64,000 bases of DNA from a virus, in IMG/VR virus record IMGVR_UViG_3300015063_000001, positions 779 through 64,778 of that record; one strand, given 5' to 3'. Both the position numbers and the translations under genes were made by a program. The notes beneath the pieces were generated by a model. The model did no database searches and had not been told where the DNA came from. It worked only from the letters and a program-made list of their open reading frames with translations. Shown piece after piece: positions 44,060-54,400 of the stretch. Position 1 is the first letter of the stretch. The number at the start of each line of letters is the position of its first letter.

Positions 44060-44620
44060 ATGGCCGAAACCGTCCGCATCGCAACAAAGGCAGACGAGCC
44101 GGAGATCATCCGGCTCCTGCATCTTATGCACGCGGAAGGCGGAATGTTGCCGCTCGATCTCGGTCGCGCCCGTGAAATGTTTGCTCAAGCGTTTGATCGC
44201 AAGGGCGGCATCATGGGCGTAATCGGCGGGCCTGGAAACATCAAGGCGATGATCTATCTGTTTATGTCGAAGTATTGGTACACCAACGCCGACCACTTGG
44301 AAGAGGTTTTCAACTTTGTCAGCCCTGAACATCGCAAGGCAGGCTACGGCAAAGACCTCATAGTGTTCGCAAAAGAATGCGCAGATAAAATATGCGTTCC
44401 TTTAGTGATCGGCGTTCTAACAAATCAGCGGATGGAAGAAAAGGTTAGGCTCTATCGGCGTGTTCTTGGGACGCCGTGCGGGGCCTTTTTCGTTTACGGC
44501 GCGAATTTTGCCAATCTTGAATTGTCGAATAACAAGTTCTGGAAAGACATTCTCGAAAGACAGCCAAAGCCTAAGAGTGCGAACGGTAGCGCGTCAGCAA
44601 CCCATAGGGCGGACGCATGA
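44060..44620 (+). CDS. GNAT-fold acetyltransferase-like protein (podovirus ejection module)
   Basis: FVSPEHRKAGYGKDLI acetyl-CoA-binding-like motif. Confidence 0.75.
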   Translation: MAETVRIATKADEPEIIRLLHLMHAEGGMLPLDLGRAREMFAQAFDRKGGIMGVIGGPGNIKAMIYLFMSKYWYTNADHLEEVFNFVSPEHRKAGYGKDLIVFAKECADKICVPLVIGVLTNQRMEEKVRLYRRVLGTPCGAFFVYGANFANLELSNNKFWKDILERQPKPKSANGSASATHRADA

Positions 44621-47600
44621 GCAAAAAAGGTTCACAGACCACAACTACCAGCAACTCGCCTGATCCGAATGCCTATCAGGCGTACCTCGATCTTTTGAAC
44701 CGCGCGCAAGGTGTCGCCGGGACCCCGTACCAATCTTATACCGGTGAGCTTGTTGCGCCGGTCAACGCGCAGCAATCCGCCGGCATTTCCGGCATCAACA
44801 ACTACGCCAATTTTGCGCAGCCATATATCCAGCAGGCCGCCGGGATGGCGACCGATGCTGCCAGTCCGATTACGGCGGCGCAGATCAGGCAGTACGAAAG
44901 CCCTTATACGCAGGACGTTGTTAACGCCACGCAAGCGCAGTTCAACAATCAGAACGCGCAGCAGATGCAGGGTGTTAAAGGCAACGCCATTGCGCAAGGC
45001 GCTCTTGGCGGGAATCGTGAGGCTGTTGCCGAGGCGGAAACCGCAAACCAGCAACAGCTTGCGCAGGCACCGGTCATCGCGAACCTGCGGAACCAGGGCT
45101 ACACCACCGGTCTCAACACGGCGCTTACCGAGCAGCAGCAGAGGGCGGCCGGCGCGTATTCGCTTGGCAATCTCGGGGTGTCTGGCCAGAACGCCGGGCT
45201 GACGGGGGCGAACGCCCAGGTCGGCGCCGGCACGCTGCAGCAAGGCACGCAGCAAGCCCAGGATGCCGCAAATTATCAGCAGTGGATGAATCAGCAGTCG
45301 TTCCCGTATCAGCAGGCGCAATGGCTTGCAGGTCTTACGACCGGGGTCGGAAGCCAGATGGGCGGGACCGGCTCGACGACTCAGCCGGGGCCAAGCGGCT
45401 TGAGCCAGCTTCTCGGCGCCGGCACCTCGGCGGCCGGCATTCTGGGCGGCACTGGTGCTTTTGGTTCGGCTGGCTGGCTTACCGCCTTGATGGCCCGTGG
45501 AGGGGCCGTCGGCCGCGCCAGCGGCGGCGTGGTGCCGGATCACGACACCCATACCATTCCAGAGCCGCACGAAACGCTCGTCGCTCAGCAACGCCAACTC
45601 GTCGCCGGCCATCGCCGCGCGCATATGTTCCCGCACGGCACCCCCGAGCTACCGCTTCCGCACGGCATGTCGCGCGTCGAGGCACACAGCGGCGTGTTCC
45701 ACTACAACCCCGACAAGGTTCATCCGGACCAAATCAGGATGCTTGCCGAGCACGGCCGCGAGAACGAATTGCTCGATCTCGGCCCAGTCTCGAAGGATGA
45801 AGTTCTGCACCGCCTCAATCGCGGCGAACTGCCGCTGGCGGTCGTGGAACGGCAACCGGACGGTACGGAAGTCCGTGCCGCTGCCGGCACGCATTTGACC
45901 GCGCACCATCAAGTTGCCGCGATGCAGCGGACGAAATCGCCTGGCAACCGCGTTCAGGTAGAGGACATTCACGAAACCATGGCCCGGCGCCTTCACCGCG
46001 CCGATGGCGGCCGCATTCAGCATTTCGACACCGGTGGCGGCGTAGCAGGCCTTGGCGACGGTGGCCCGATGTCGGGAATGCCGTACAGCGGCGCGCACGG
46101 TTGGATACCGCAGAACTCGATCTCGCGTGGCCCTGGGGCACCGCATCCTTCGGCTGGGGTCGCCAATCAGCAACCGTCTGCGGCCAAGATGGGTGAGCAG
46201 ATCGGGGCCATGGCGAAGGCGATCGCCGGCAATGGTCCAGGCCAGCCGATGAGCCTTGCCGCGCCGGGACAGAACGGGTTTGCGCCGTCGCCGGTCGGGG
46301 CTACGATGCCGATGGGTCTCGCGCCGCAAGCATTCTCTCCGACAGACATTTCCGGTAGCGCTGGAGCGGTCTACCGCCGTGGTGGTGCGGTTGGACGCTT
46401 CGCGTCAGGCGGTATCGCGAACCTCCCGGCCCATGATCGTATCATGGTGCCTCACGGTTACGCCGACGGCGGATCGCCGTATGACGACGGCATTCCGTTT
46501 GACCCGACGGCCGGCGGCATCGCGCCGGACCAGACGCAATTCAACGTCGACCCGGAAGTGAACGCGGTCACCAAGGATATTCTGCGGGCCGGCGCTCCGC
46601 TGCCGAAGTCAAACGGTTTCCATGACGCCGCCGGCGTTGCACCACCGCCTAAAGCTGACGTTGAGCCGCCGCGCGATGGCGCTTCCTTCTCGGATCGGTT
46701 CAATGGCGATGCGGCACCGCCTGCCAGCGGCATTGCAAACTTGACCCATGATGCCCCGCTCGACATGCCGCATTCGACTGGCTTCCAGGATCAAGGTCCG
46801 GCTGGTGATTCCGGCATCGGCGATCTGTCCCCGGCGCCGCTTCACATGCCACAGTCAGCCGGTTTTGCCGGGCCTGCACCGGTGGTCACCGGAACTGATG
46901 CCGTTCCGCCTGCCGCTGCGCGCAATCTCAGTTCGCCTACGGCCGGCTTTGCCGACAACATGGACAAGATTGCTGCGGCGCACCGCAGCATCGAAAGCAG
47001 CGGCAACTATCACGCGCTCGGGCCTATCAATCCGAAAACTGGCGATCGTGCCTATGGGGCCTATCAGGTCATGGGCGCCAATGTCCCTGTTTGGACGAAA
47101 GAAATTCTCGGCCACAGCCTGACGCCGTCGCAATTCCTTGCCAGCAAGGAAGCCCAGGACGCCGTCTACAAGGCGAAGATGGGCTCCTACATCAACCAAT
47201 TGGGCCTGCCCGGCGCCGTGCATGCTTGGCTTGGACCTGGCAAGAAAGATTTCACCGGCACGACCCAAGAGGATTACCTGCACCGGTTCCAGACCGCGCT
47301 CGGGATGGGGCCATCCGATGGCGTTGCCGGCGGTCACAGGCTGGCCGATGACAATTCGCGGCTGCCGCAGAACTCTACGCCGACGATCGGCAACAATTCG
47401 ACCGAACTATCGGCGCAGTCCCGTCAAGGCGTGGCACCACCTAGCGGAATCGATTGGTCGGCCAACGGTAAGCTTTGGCCGGCGCTGATTTCGGCCGGCT
47501 TCGGCATGATGGCGTCACGTTCGCCATTCCCCGGTGTCGCGATCGGCGAAGGCGGTCAGCAAGGCCTGCAGACCTATTCGACGCTGCGCCAGCAAGAGGC

Positions 47601-48339
47601 TCAGCGCGGGATGAAGCAGCAAGAAATCGATATGGAGGCGCGGAAGCTGGCGCAGGCCGCCGATATCGCCCAGCGTCCGTACAGCCAAATGACGGTGCAT
47701 CAAAAAGCAGAGGTCGAAGCCCTCGCTAATTACCGTCAAGGTATGCTCGATCGCGAGAACTCGACCTATCTCGGGCCGTCAGCGGATGGGACCGGGTCGT
47801 TGTTCCTCGATAAGAAGACCGGCACCGTTACGTCGAAACCTGTGCAGGTCGGCGCCAAGCCAGTCGGCGGCGCCACACTTTCTCTCGCGCGCGGTTTGAT
47901 GGAAGATAGGGAACGCCAGCGCGCGGCCGATCCAAGCCTGCCGGAACTGACGCTCGAGGAAGCCACGACGCTAGCCCACCGTGCGCCGAACGCCGACCAG
48001 GACACTATCCGGCGGCTGAATTTGGCTTCCAGTGCATGGAAGTCGTGGACGTCGAACCCGATCAATATGGGCAAAAAGAATGCTCCGGAGTCGACGCTCG
48101 ACTATTGGGAGCAGCGCTACGGTGTGAAGGCTGGCGCTCCGCCGAGCAGCGGCCGCGCGCCGGTAGCCCCACCACCGGCGGCACCGGCCGCGCCGGCACC
48201 ATCTGCTGCGGCCGCTCCGCCGCCCCGGCCGCCAAGCGTACCGGCAGACGCCAAACCGCAACGGAACAAAACCACCGGTGCGGTGCGTTGGTTGGCCGCC
48301 GATGGCTCGGTCTATTCTGCGGACGGCACGCGCCAATAG
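44617..48339 (+). CDS. DNA ejection/pilot protein with lytic transglycosylase-like domain
   Basis: Gln/Ala-rich helical N-terminus (GA.GG.RE.VAEAE); IESSGNY...AYGAYQVM..N...W; 1240 aa. Confidence 0.85.
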   Translation: MSKKGSQTTTTSNSPDPNAYQAYLDLLNRAQGVAGTPYQSYTGELVAPVNAQQSAGISGINNYANFAQPYIQQAAGMATDAASPITAAQIRQYESPYTQDVVNATQAQFNNQNAQQMQGVKGNAIAQGALGGNREAVAEAETANQQQLAQAPVIANLRNQGYTTGLNTALTEQQQRAAGAYSLGNLGVSGQNAGLTGANAQVGAGTLQQGTQQAQDAANYQQWMNQQSFPYQQAQWLAGLTTGVGSQMGGTGSTTQPGPSGLSQLLGAGTSAAGILGGTGAFGSAGWLTALMARGGAVGRASGGVVPDHDTHTIPEPHETLVAQQRQLVAGHRRAHMFPHGTPELPLPHGMSRVEAHSGVFHYNPDKVHPDQIRMLAEHGRENELLDLGPVSKDEVLHRLNRGELPLAVVERQPDGTEVRAAAGTHLTAHHQVAAMQRTKSPGNRVQVEDIHETMARRLHRADGGRIQHFDTGGGVAGLGDGGPMSGMPYSGAHGWIPQNSISRGPGAPHPSAGVANQQPSAAKMGEQIGAMAKAIAGNGPGQPMSLAAPGQNGFAPSPVGATMPMGLAPQAFSPTDISGSAGAVYRRGGAVGRFASGGIANLPAHDRIMVPHGYADGGSPYDDGIPFDPTAGGIAPDQTQFNVDPEVNAVTKDILRAGAPLPKSNGFHDAAGVAPPPKADVEPPRDGASFSDRFNGDAAPPASGIANLTHDAPLDMPHSTGFQDQGPAGDSGIGDLSPAPLHMPQSAGFAGPAPVVTGTDAVPPAAARNLSSPTAGFADNMDKIAAAHRSIESSGNYHALGPINPKTGDRAYGAYQVMGANVPVWTKEILGHSLTPSQFLASKEAQDAVYKAKMGSYINQLGLPGAVHAWLGPGKKDFTGTTQEDYLHRFQTALGMGPSDGVAGGHRLADDNSRLPQNSTPTIGNNSTELSAQSRQGVAPPSGIDWSANGKLWPALISAGFGMMASRSPFPGVAIGEGGQQGLQTYSTLRQQEAQRGMKQQEIDMEARKLAQAADIAQRPYSQMTVHQKAEVEALANYRQGMLDRENSTYLGPSADGTGSLFLDKKTGTVTSKPVQVGAKPVGGATLSLARGLMEDRERQRAADPSLPELTLEEATTLAHRAPNADQDTIRRLNLASSAWKSWTSNPINMGKKNAPESTLDYWEQRYGVKAGAPPSSGRAPVAPPPAAPAAPAPSAAAAPPPRPPSVPADAKPQRNKTTGAVRWLAADGSVYSADGTRQ

Positions 48340-48415
48340 CCTAAACAGCGCATTTTACCGAACCTCGGAAAACTGCTAGCCTTCCAAGTCTCGCGGCCCC
48401 GATCTGGAAGATTCG

Positions 48416-51400
48416 ATGGCATCCCTTGATGACAGTGGCGATTGGGAAGACGTGTCTTCCCCTACGCCGCCTTCTGGTCTCAGCGCTGCGGCGCCATCGC
48501 CCCAACCTGCCGCCGCGCCGGCACAGGCCAAGGCGCCGGCCGCACAGGTGGCCGGCGGCGACGAATGGGAGGATGTCCCGCAGTGGCGGGGGTATCTGCC
48601 TGTCGCCGCGTCCGCCGTGGCCCAAAGTGCCGTTTCCTCGACTGGGTCTCTGCTCGCCGGCCTACCGGAACTGAGCGGGGACTATAATACCAAATTGCTG
48701 GCGAACCTCGATCGCATCGACCGCGGCGAAAAAGTGCCGATGGCTGATGACCCGATCGGCTATCAGGACATGGATCCTGAAACCCGCAAGCACACCAGGG
48801 CTGACGTCGAGGCGGCAAAGGCGGCTTACAAGCCGCAGGAAACGATGCTCTACAAAGCCGGCCACGCGATTAAAGAGTTCGGGGAAAAGCAGTTCCCGAT
48901 GTCGCTGGACGAACAGAAGTCGATCACGGCACAGGCTGCCGGCGTAGTCGGCGGCATGGCACCTTACCTCGCCGCCGGCGCTGTGCTCGGCCCAGAAGCC
49001 GCCGTAGGTCTCGGTATGGCCGGCATGGGCCTTTCCAGTGCCCATGAACAGGCGGAAGCCGCTCGAGCGAAAAACGCCTCGCCGGAAGCGGTGGCCGAAG
49101 CCGCGCGCATGGGCTTCTACAGTGGTGCCGCCGCGGGCGCGGTGCCGCTGCATGCCGTGATGACGCCGGTCGAACGGCTGGCGCCTGGCATCGCGGATTG
49201 GGCGCGGGCGCGGCTTCAACATGCGGCGCAGACCGGCGTTGCCTTTGCCACGCTTGGCGAAGCGCAGACCTGGCTCGGTCAACAGATCGCACAGAATTTT
49301 TATGATCCGGAGGCCGGCTACTCGCTCGATATTCAGCGCGTGCTCGGCGGCCTGCTCGGTGGTGCCTTCCTGGGTGGTATGGGTCGTACACCGTATCGCG
49401 GTGCCGAACAGCCGGCCGCGGAGAAGCCGAATCAGCACTCCGATGCCATTCAGGATATTCTCGGTGGTGAACCGCCTGGACCGCCAGCACCTCCTGGTGC
49501 TCCCGCTGTGGAGCCTGGAGAGCGTCGGCCGTACCCGGCCGAAGATGACGTTTCAATTCTCGGTGGCGATCGGCCAACCGGCGTTCCAAATGTCGACGAC
49601 TACGTTGACCAGTCGATGCGTAACCTTCGCGCGACGTCGCGCACGGTTGCCGGAACGCTGGATACCTCGTCGACCCCAGGCAAGGAAGAGAAGCTTGTTG
49701 ATGGCCTGACGCCCAAGGCTGCCGCGACACAGGCCGCCTCAAATTACGAAGGCATCGTTCGCCGGCTGTACGATTACAAAGACGATATCCCGACCACCGG
49801 CCCGGAAATGGGGACGCTGGTTAATGACGTCGCCGTTGCTGTAAACAATGGCATCGTCAAGCCGGGCCAGTTGGAGCGCACGACCAACACAAAATTCCCG
49901 ATGCAGACCAGGGCGGAGGATCTTCCGATTGCCTATGGTCAATTCTCTCAGGAATTGGCCGAGCGCCTTTCAAACCCTGCTGCGGATCCGGTCGAGACCG
50001 CGGCATGGATTGAATGGCGCGCAAACATGCTGGACCATTTCTGGACGGATGGCGTCGGCAAAACGTCGAAGGCGCTGGCGGCGATTCCTTTGATGCGGAG
50101 CGGCTTGCCGCTTCCGATCTATCCGCCGATGAAAGACTTTGTTGCGTTCGCCAAGGAACAGCCGCGCGTTGATCCGCTTGAAGGTGGCGCGGCATATCTC
50201 GGGCCGGCGTGGGAAAAATTCAATGCGTTCTACCACGACATGGTTTACCCGCAGAAAAGCCTGCAGGCCGCGCTTGATCGTGGGGCGACCGCCGACGAGC
50301 TAAGTCAGCATCCCATGGTGCTCAATGCCGTGGCGGAAAACAGCAGTCGTGTTCCAACCGGAACACCGGAGGATTTCCAGAACCCGGAATGGCGCAGCCA
50401 GCGCGTTTACAACATTAGTGGTCAGCCCGTCAGGGGTTGGGATGCCGCTGTTTCTGCCCTGACGAATCAGGCCAGCGCATATTCCGGTGGTCAGGTCGAG
50501 CATGGGCGCCATGCCGTCATTGTGCTCGGGCCCCCGGCTGCAGGCAAGTCGTCCATTTCGGAACCTGTTGCGCGGAAATATCGGGCCGCGATCGTTGACC
50601 CCGACGACGCGAAAAAGATCATTCCTGAATATCACAACGGCCTCGGCACCAGTGCTGTGCATGAGGAAAGCTCTGAACTCGCGATCGACGTCCTTAAGAA
50701 CATTGCGCGCGACGGTGGCAACATCGTCTTGCCAAAAGTAGGAGCGAGTGCCGATGGCATAAAGAAACTGGTTAACCGCTTGAAACAGTTGGGGTATACG
50801 GTCGATATCGCCCATGTGGCGGCTACACCAGAGATTTCGGCCCGGCGGAACATCGCTAGATTTCTGAATACCGGACGGCTTGTTAAGCCAGAATATATCA
50901 CTGAGGTAGGTGACAAGCCGCGCAAAACGGCCTATATGTTAAGGGGAGATGCAAATGACTTCATTGACGCCGACACATCCAAAGGCCACTACGAACTCGT
51001 CGAAGGAAACGGGCCGCTCGCCGACATTTTCCGAGATGGAAGAAATTTCGGACAAGGCGCAGATTCGGGCACTGGACGAGCTCTTGGCCGAGCGGAATCA
51101 GAAAAAGGACTGACCGGGGAGCAGGTCCCCGGCATTCCTGAACATCGCGTGACCGCTGCCGACGGCACGGCTATCGATGTCGCGCCGATCGTTGTCGAGG
51201 CATCGAGTCTCAGGACCTCTCAGGATCCCGGCTACGATACCAGCCTGCAGCCGCGGCAGCGCGATCGAGCCGCCAGCCAGGCACAGGTCCGCGACATCGC
51301 CACCAATCTCGACCCAGAACGTCTTGGCTATTCGGCCGAGGCTGATCGCGGGGCGCCGATTGTCGGACCTGACGGCATGGTGGAAAGCGGCAACGGCCGT

Positions 51401-54400
51401 GTGCTCGCGCTCCGAAGCGTTTACGAGCAAGGCGGACCGCAGGCACAGGCCTATCGGGATTGGCTGACGCGCCAGGGCGTCGACGTCTCCGGCTATCAGA
51501 ACCCGGTTTTGGTCCGGAAGCGCGTCACGCCGATGTCGCCACAGGAGCGGCGGTCGTTCACGGTCGCCGCGAACCAGGCCTCAACGCTCAGTATGTCGGC
51601 GCCGGAACGGGCGATGGCCGATGCGCGGCTGATGGATGCGCGGTCGATCGGCTTAATACGCAACGCAGAAGATATCGGCGCCCCTGCAAATCGTGACTTT
51701 GTTCGGCGTTTCGTTTCGCTGTTGCCGCAGGCTGAACAGGGGGCGATGGCTGATGCGCGCGGCGCCTTGTCGGCGGAAGGTCTGGCGCGGGTGCGTAATG
51801 CTGTGCTCGCGAAGGCCTACGGCGATGCTAGCGTTTTGGCGCGCATTGCGGAGTCGACGCACGATGAAGTCCGGTCGATTTCCAACGCCTTAACTGCCGC
51901 GGCGCCTGAGTGGGCGCGGATGCGCTCCGAAGTCGAGGCCGGCCGCGTCCGGTCTGATATGGACGCCACCCCTGATCTGCTCGAGGCAGTAAAGCGCACC
52001 GCAGATATTCGCAGCCGTGGCGAAAAGCTTGAAAACTATTTGGCGCAGCAAGACGCCTTCGACAAGATGCCGGCGCAGGTCGAGGCATTCATGCGAATGT
52101 TCTACGACCCGAAGGGCAATCGGGCAGCGGCGGCGATGCGGATTGCCCGCGCGCTGCGGCTCTATGCTCAAGAGGCTGCAAAAGTTAATGCCGATGAAGG
52201 GCTTGGTTTAGGCTTGGTCCCGGTGAAGCCGCGCGATATAACGCGGCTCGCCCTAGAACGGGAGTGGGAAGATTATGAACCAGATGCGGGAGTTTCCGAC
52301 CGCGGCGGCCTTGGTGACCGCACGGGCGGCGAAGAAGCTGGCCGGGCAGTACGGGGACCTTGGCTTGGCGAGGGCCGCAAAGGATCTCGAGAAGAGGGCT
52401 ATGGAGGCGATCAAGAATCGGCAGTCCGTGCTCAGCGACCAGAGCGCCCATTCAGCCTCAAAAACCTAACGACCGTTCCTGGTGTTGAGCAAGTCGATCT
52501 TGCCGGCGGGAAAAAGGGCGATCAATACGTCTTCCCAGGCACCGAAAAGATTTCCGCGGCCGAGCTTATGCGCCGGCGCGCGGCGGAGCCGATGCGGCCG
52601 AAGGTCGAGCAGAACACTACCGCTAGTGGCCTGTTCGGCGATGGGGCACAACAGCTAAGCCTGCTCGATGCCGCGAGGAAGGCTGCCGCAGAGCCCGTTG
52701 ACAAAGGTCCCATTGTACCCCAAATAGAGGGAACGGAGGCTGCAAATGCAAGTCGCGGAGAACCCGAAAGCGGCGGCATACGCACAGGAACACAAGAGGT
52801 TCCTGGAGGAAAACCGGCCGGACGTGCTCGCCGGGCTACGCCGATCGGGCGACCTGAACAGCTATCTCTCTTCGGTGGGGGAGCAGGCGAGCGATCTGTT
52901 TTTGACGCTAATGATGCAGTACAAAAACAGCCCGGAAATACGGAAGCTCCCGCACCTGGCGCTAGTACAAGCGTTACAAAGCCGCCGGAGGGAAGCCGAC
53001 GAGTTGGTGAGGCACGACATAATCCACCAGCCGTTGAAGGACTGAACGAAGCGCAGACCAAGATTGCGCAGCGCTCCCGCTCGAATTACCGAATTACTGA
53101 TGCCGACAAGATTGGCGAAGGTGGCCCGCGCCAGAAGATTCGCGGCAACCTCGAGGCAATCCGTATCCTCAAGACCATTGAGGATGAAAACCGCGATGCC
53201 ACGCCTGGCGAAAAGGCAGCCCTTGTGCAGTACGTCGGCTGGGGCGCCTTCGCGCAAGATATGTTCGCGCCGCACAAGACGGAATTGAAAGCGGAACGCG
53301 ATACGCTGCGATCGCTGGTCACCGATGAAGAGTTCAACGCGGCTCGAGGGTCTACACTAAACGCGCATTTCACGTCGCCTGACGTCGTCCGCGGCATGTG
53401 GGATGCCATCAATCATCTCGGCTATGACGGCGGGATGGCGATCGAGCCGGCGGCCGGCGTCGGCCATTTCATCGGCATGATCCCGGATAAGGTGGCGCCG
53501 AAGACGGCTTGGACGGCGGTTGAGCTCGACCCGCTTACCGGCCGTATCGCAAAGGCGCTCTACGGAAACGCCGAAGTCAACGTTCACGGCTTTGAGGACT
53601 TGAAGCGGCCATCGAACTATTACGATCTCGCGATCTCGAACGTTCCGTTCGGCAATTACAATATTTCGGAAAAGCCGTATGGCTCGTTTCCGATCCATGA
53701 TTTCTTTTTCGTCAAATCGCTCGACAAGGTTCGGCCCGGTGGCGTCGTCGCATTTGTGACGTCGCGCTACAGCATGGACCGCGTCGACGCCAACACGCGC
53801 CGGCTACTCGGCAAGACGGCCGATCTGGTCGGGGCCATCCGGTTACCTGGCGGCAACAAGGGCGCCTTTGCCGGCAATGCCGGGACGCAAGTCACCACCG
53901 ACGTCATGTTTCTTCGCAAGAAGATTCCGGGCGAGGCGCCGTTCCCCGGCGCCAACTGGTTTGACCTGAAAGAAATCCAAACCCCGGACGGCCCGACGAA
54001 AATCAACGAATATTTTGCCGATCATCCTGAAATGATGCTTGGTGAAATGCGGTTGCAGAGCACCATGTACCGGGACAATGAACCGGTGCTTATTGGTGAC
54101 GCCGAAGGCCTGCAGGACAGGATTGCCGCCGCGGCGCAAAACATGCCGAAGGGCGCCTTTGTCGCTCGCGACACCCCGCCGCCGCCGCCTATCCACGGCA
54201 ACGATATCGCGGCCGGCATCAAGGATGGCGCCTTCTTCTTGCAGGACGGCAAGCTGCACCAGCGCCGCGAGGGGCAGGGCTTTGCTCATCCGCTCAACGC
54301 GGAGGACCACGACCGCGTTACGCGGCTCGTCGGCATGCGCGACGTCGTCAACGATCTGTTGGCGACACAGCTTGCCGGCGGTGAGAACTCGGCAGCGCAA

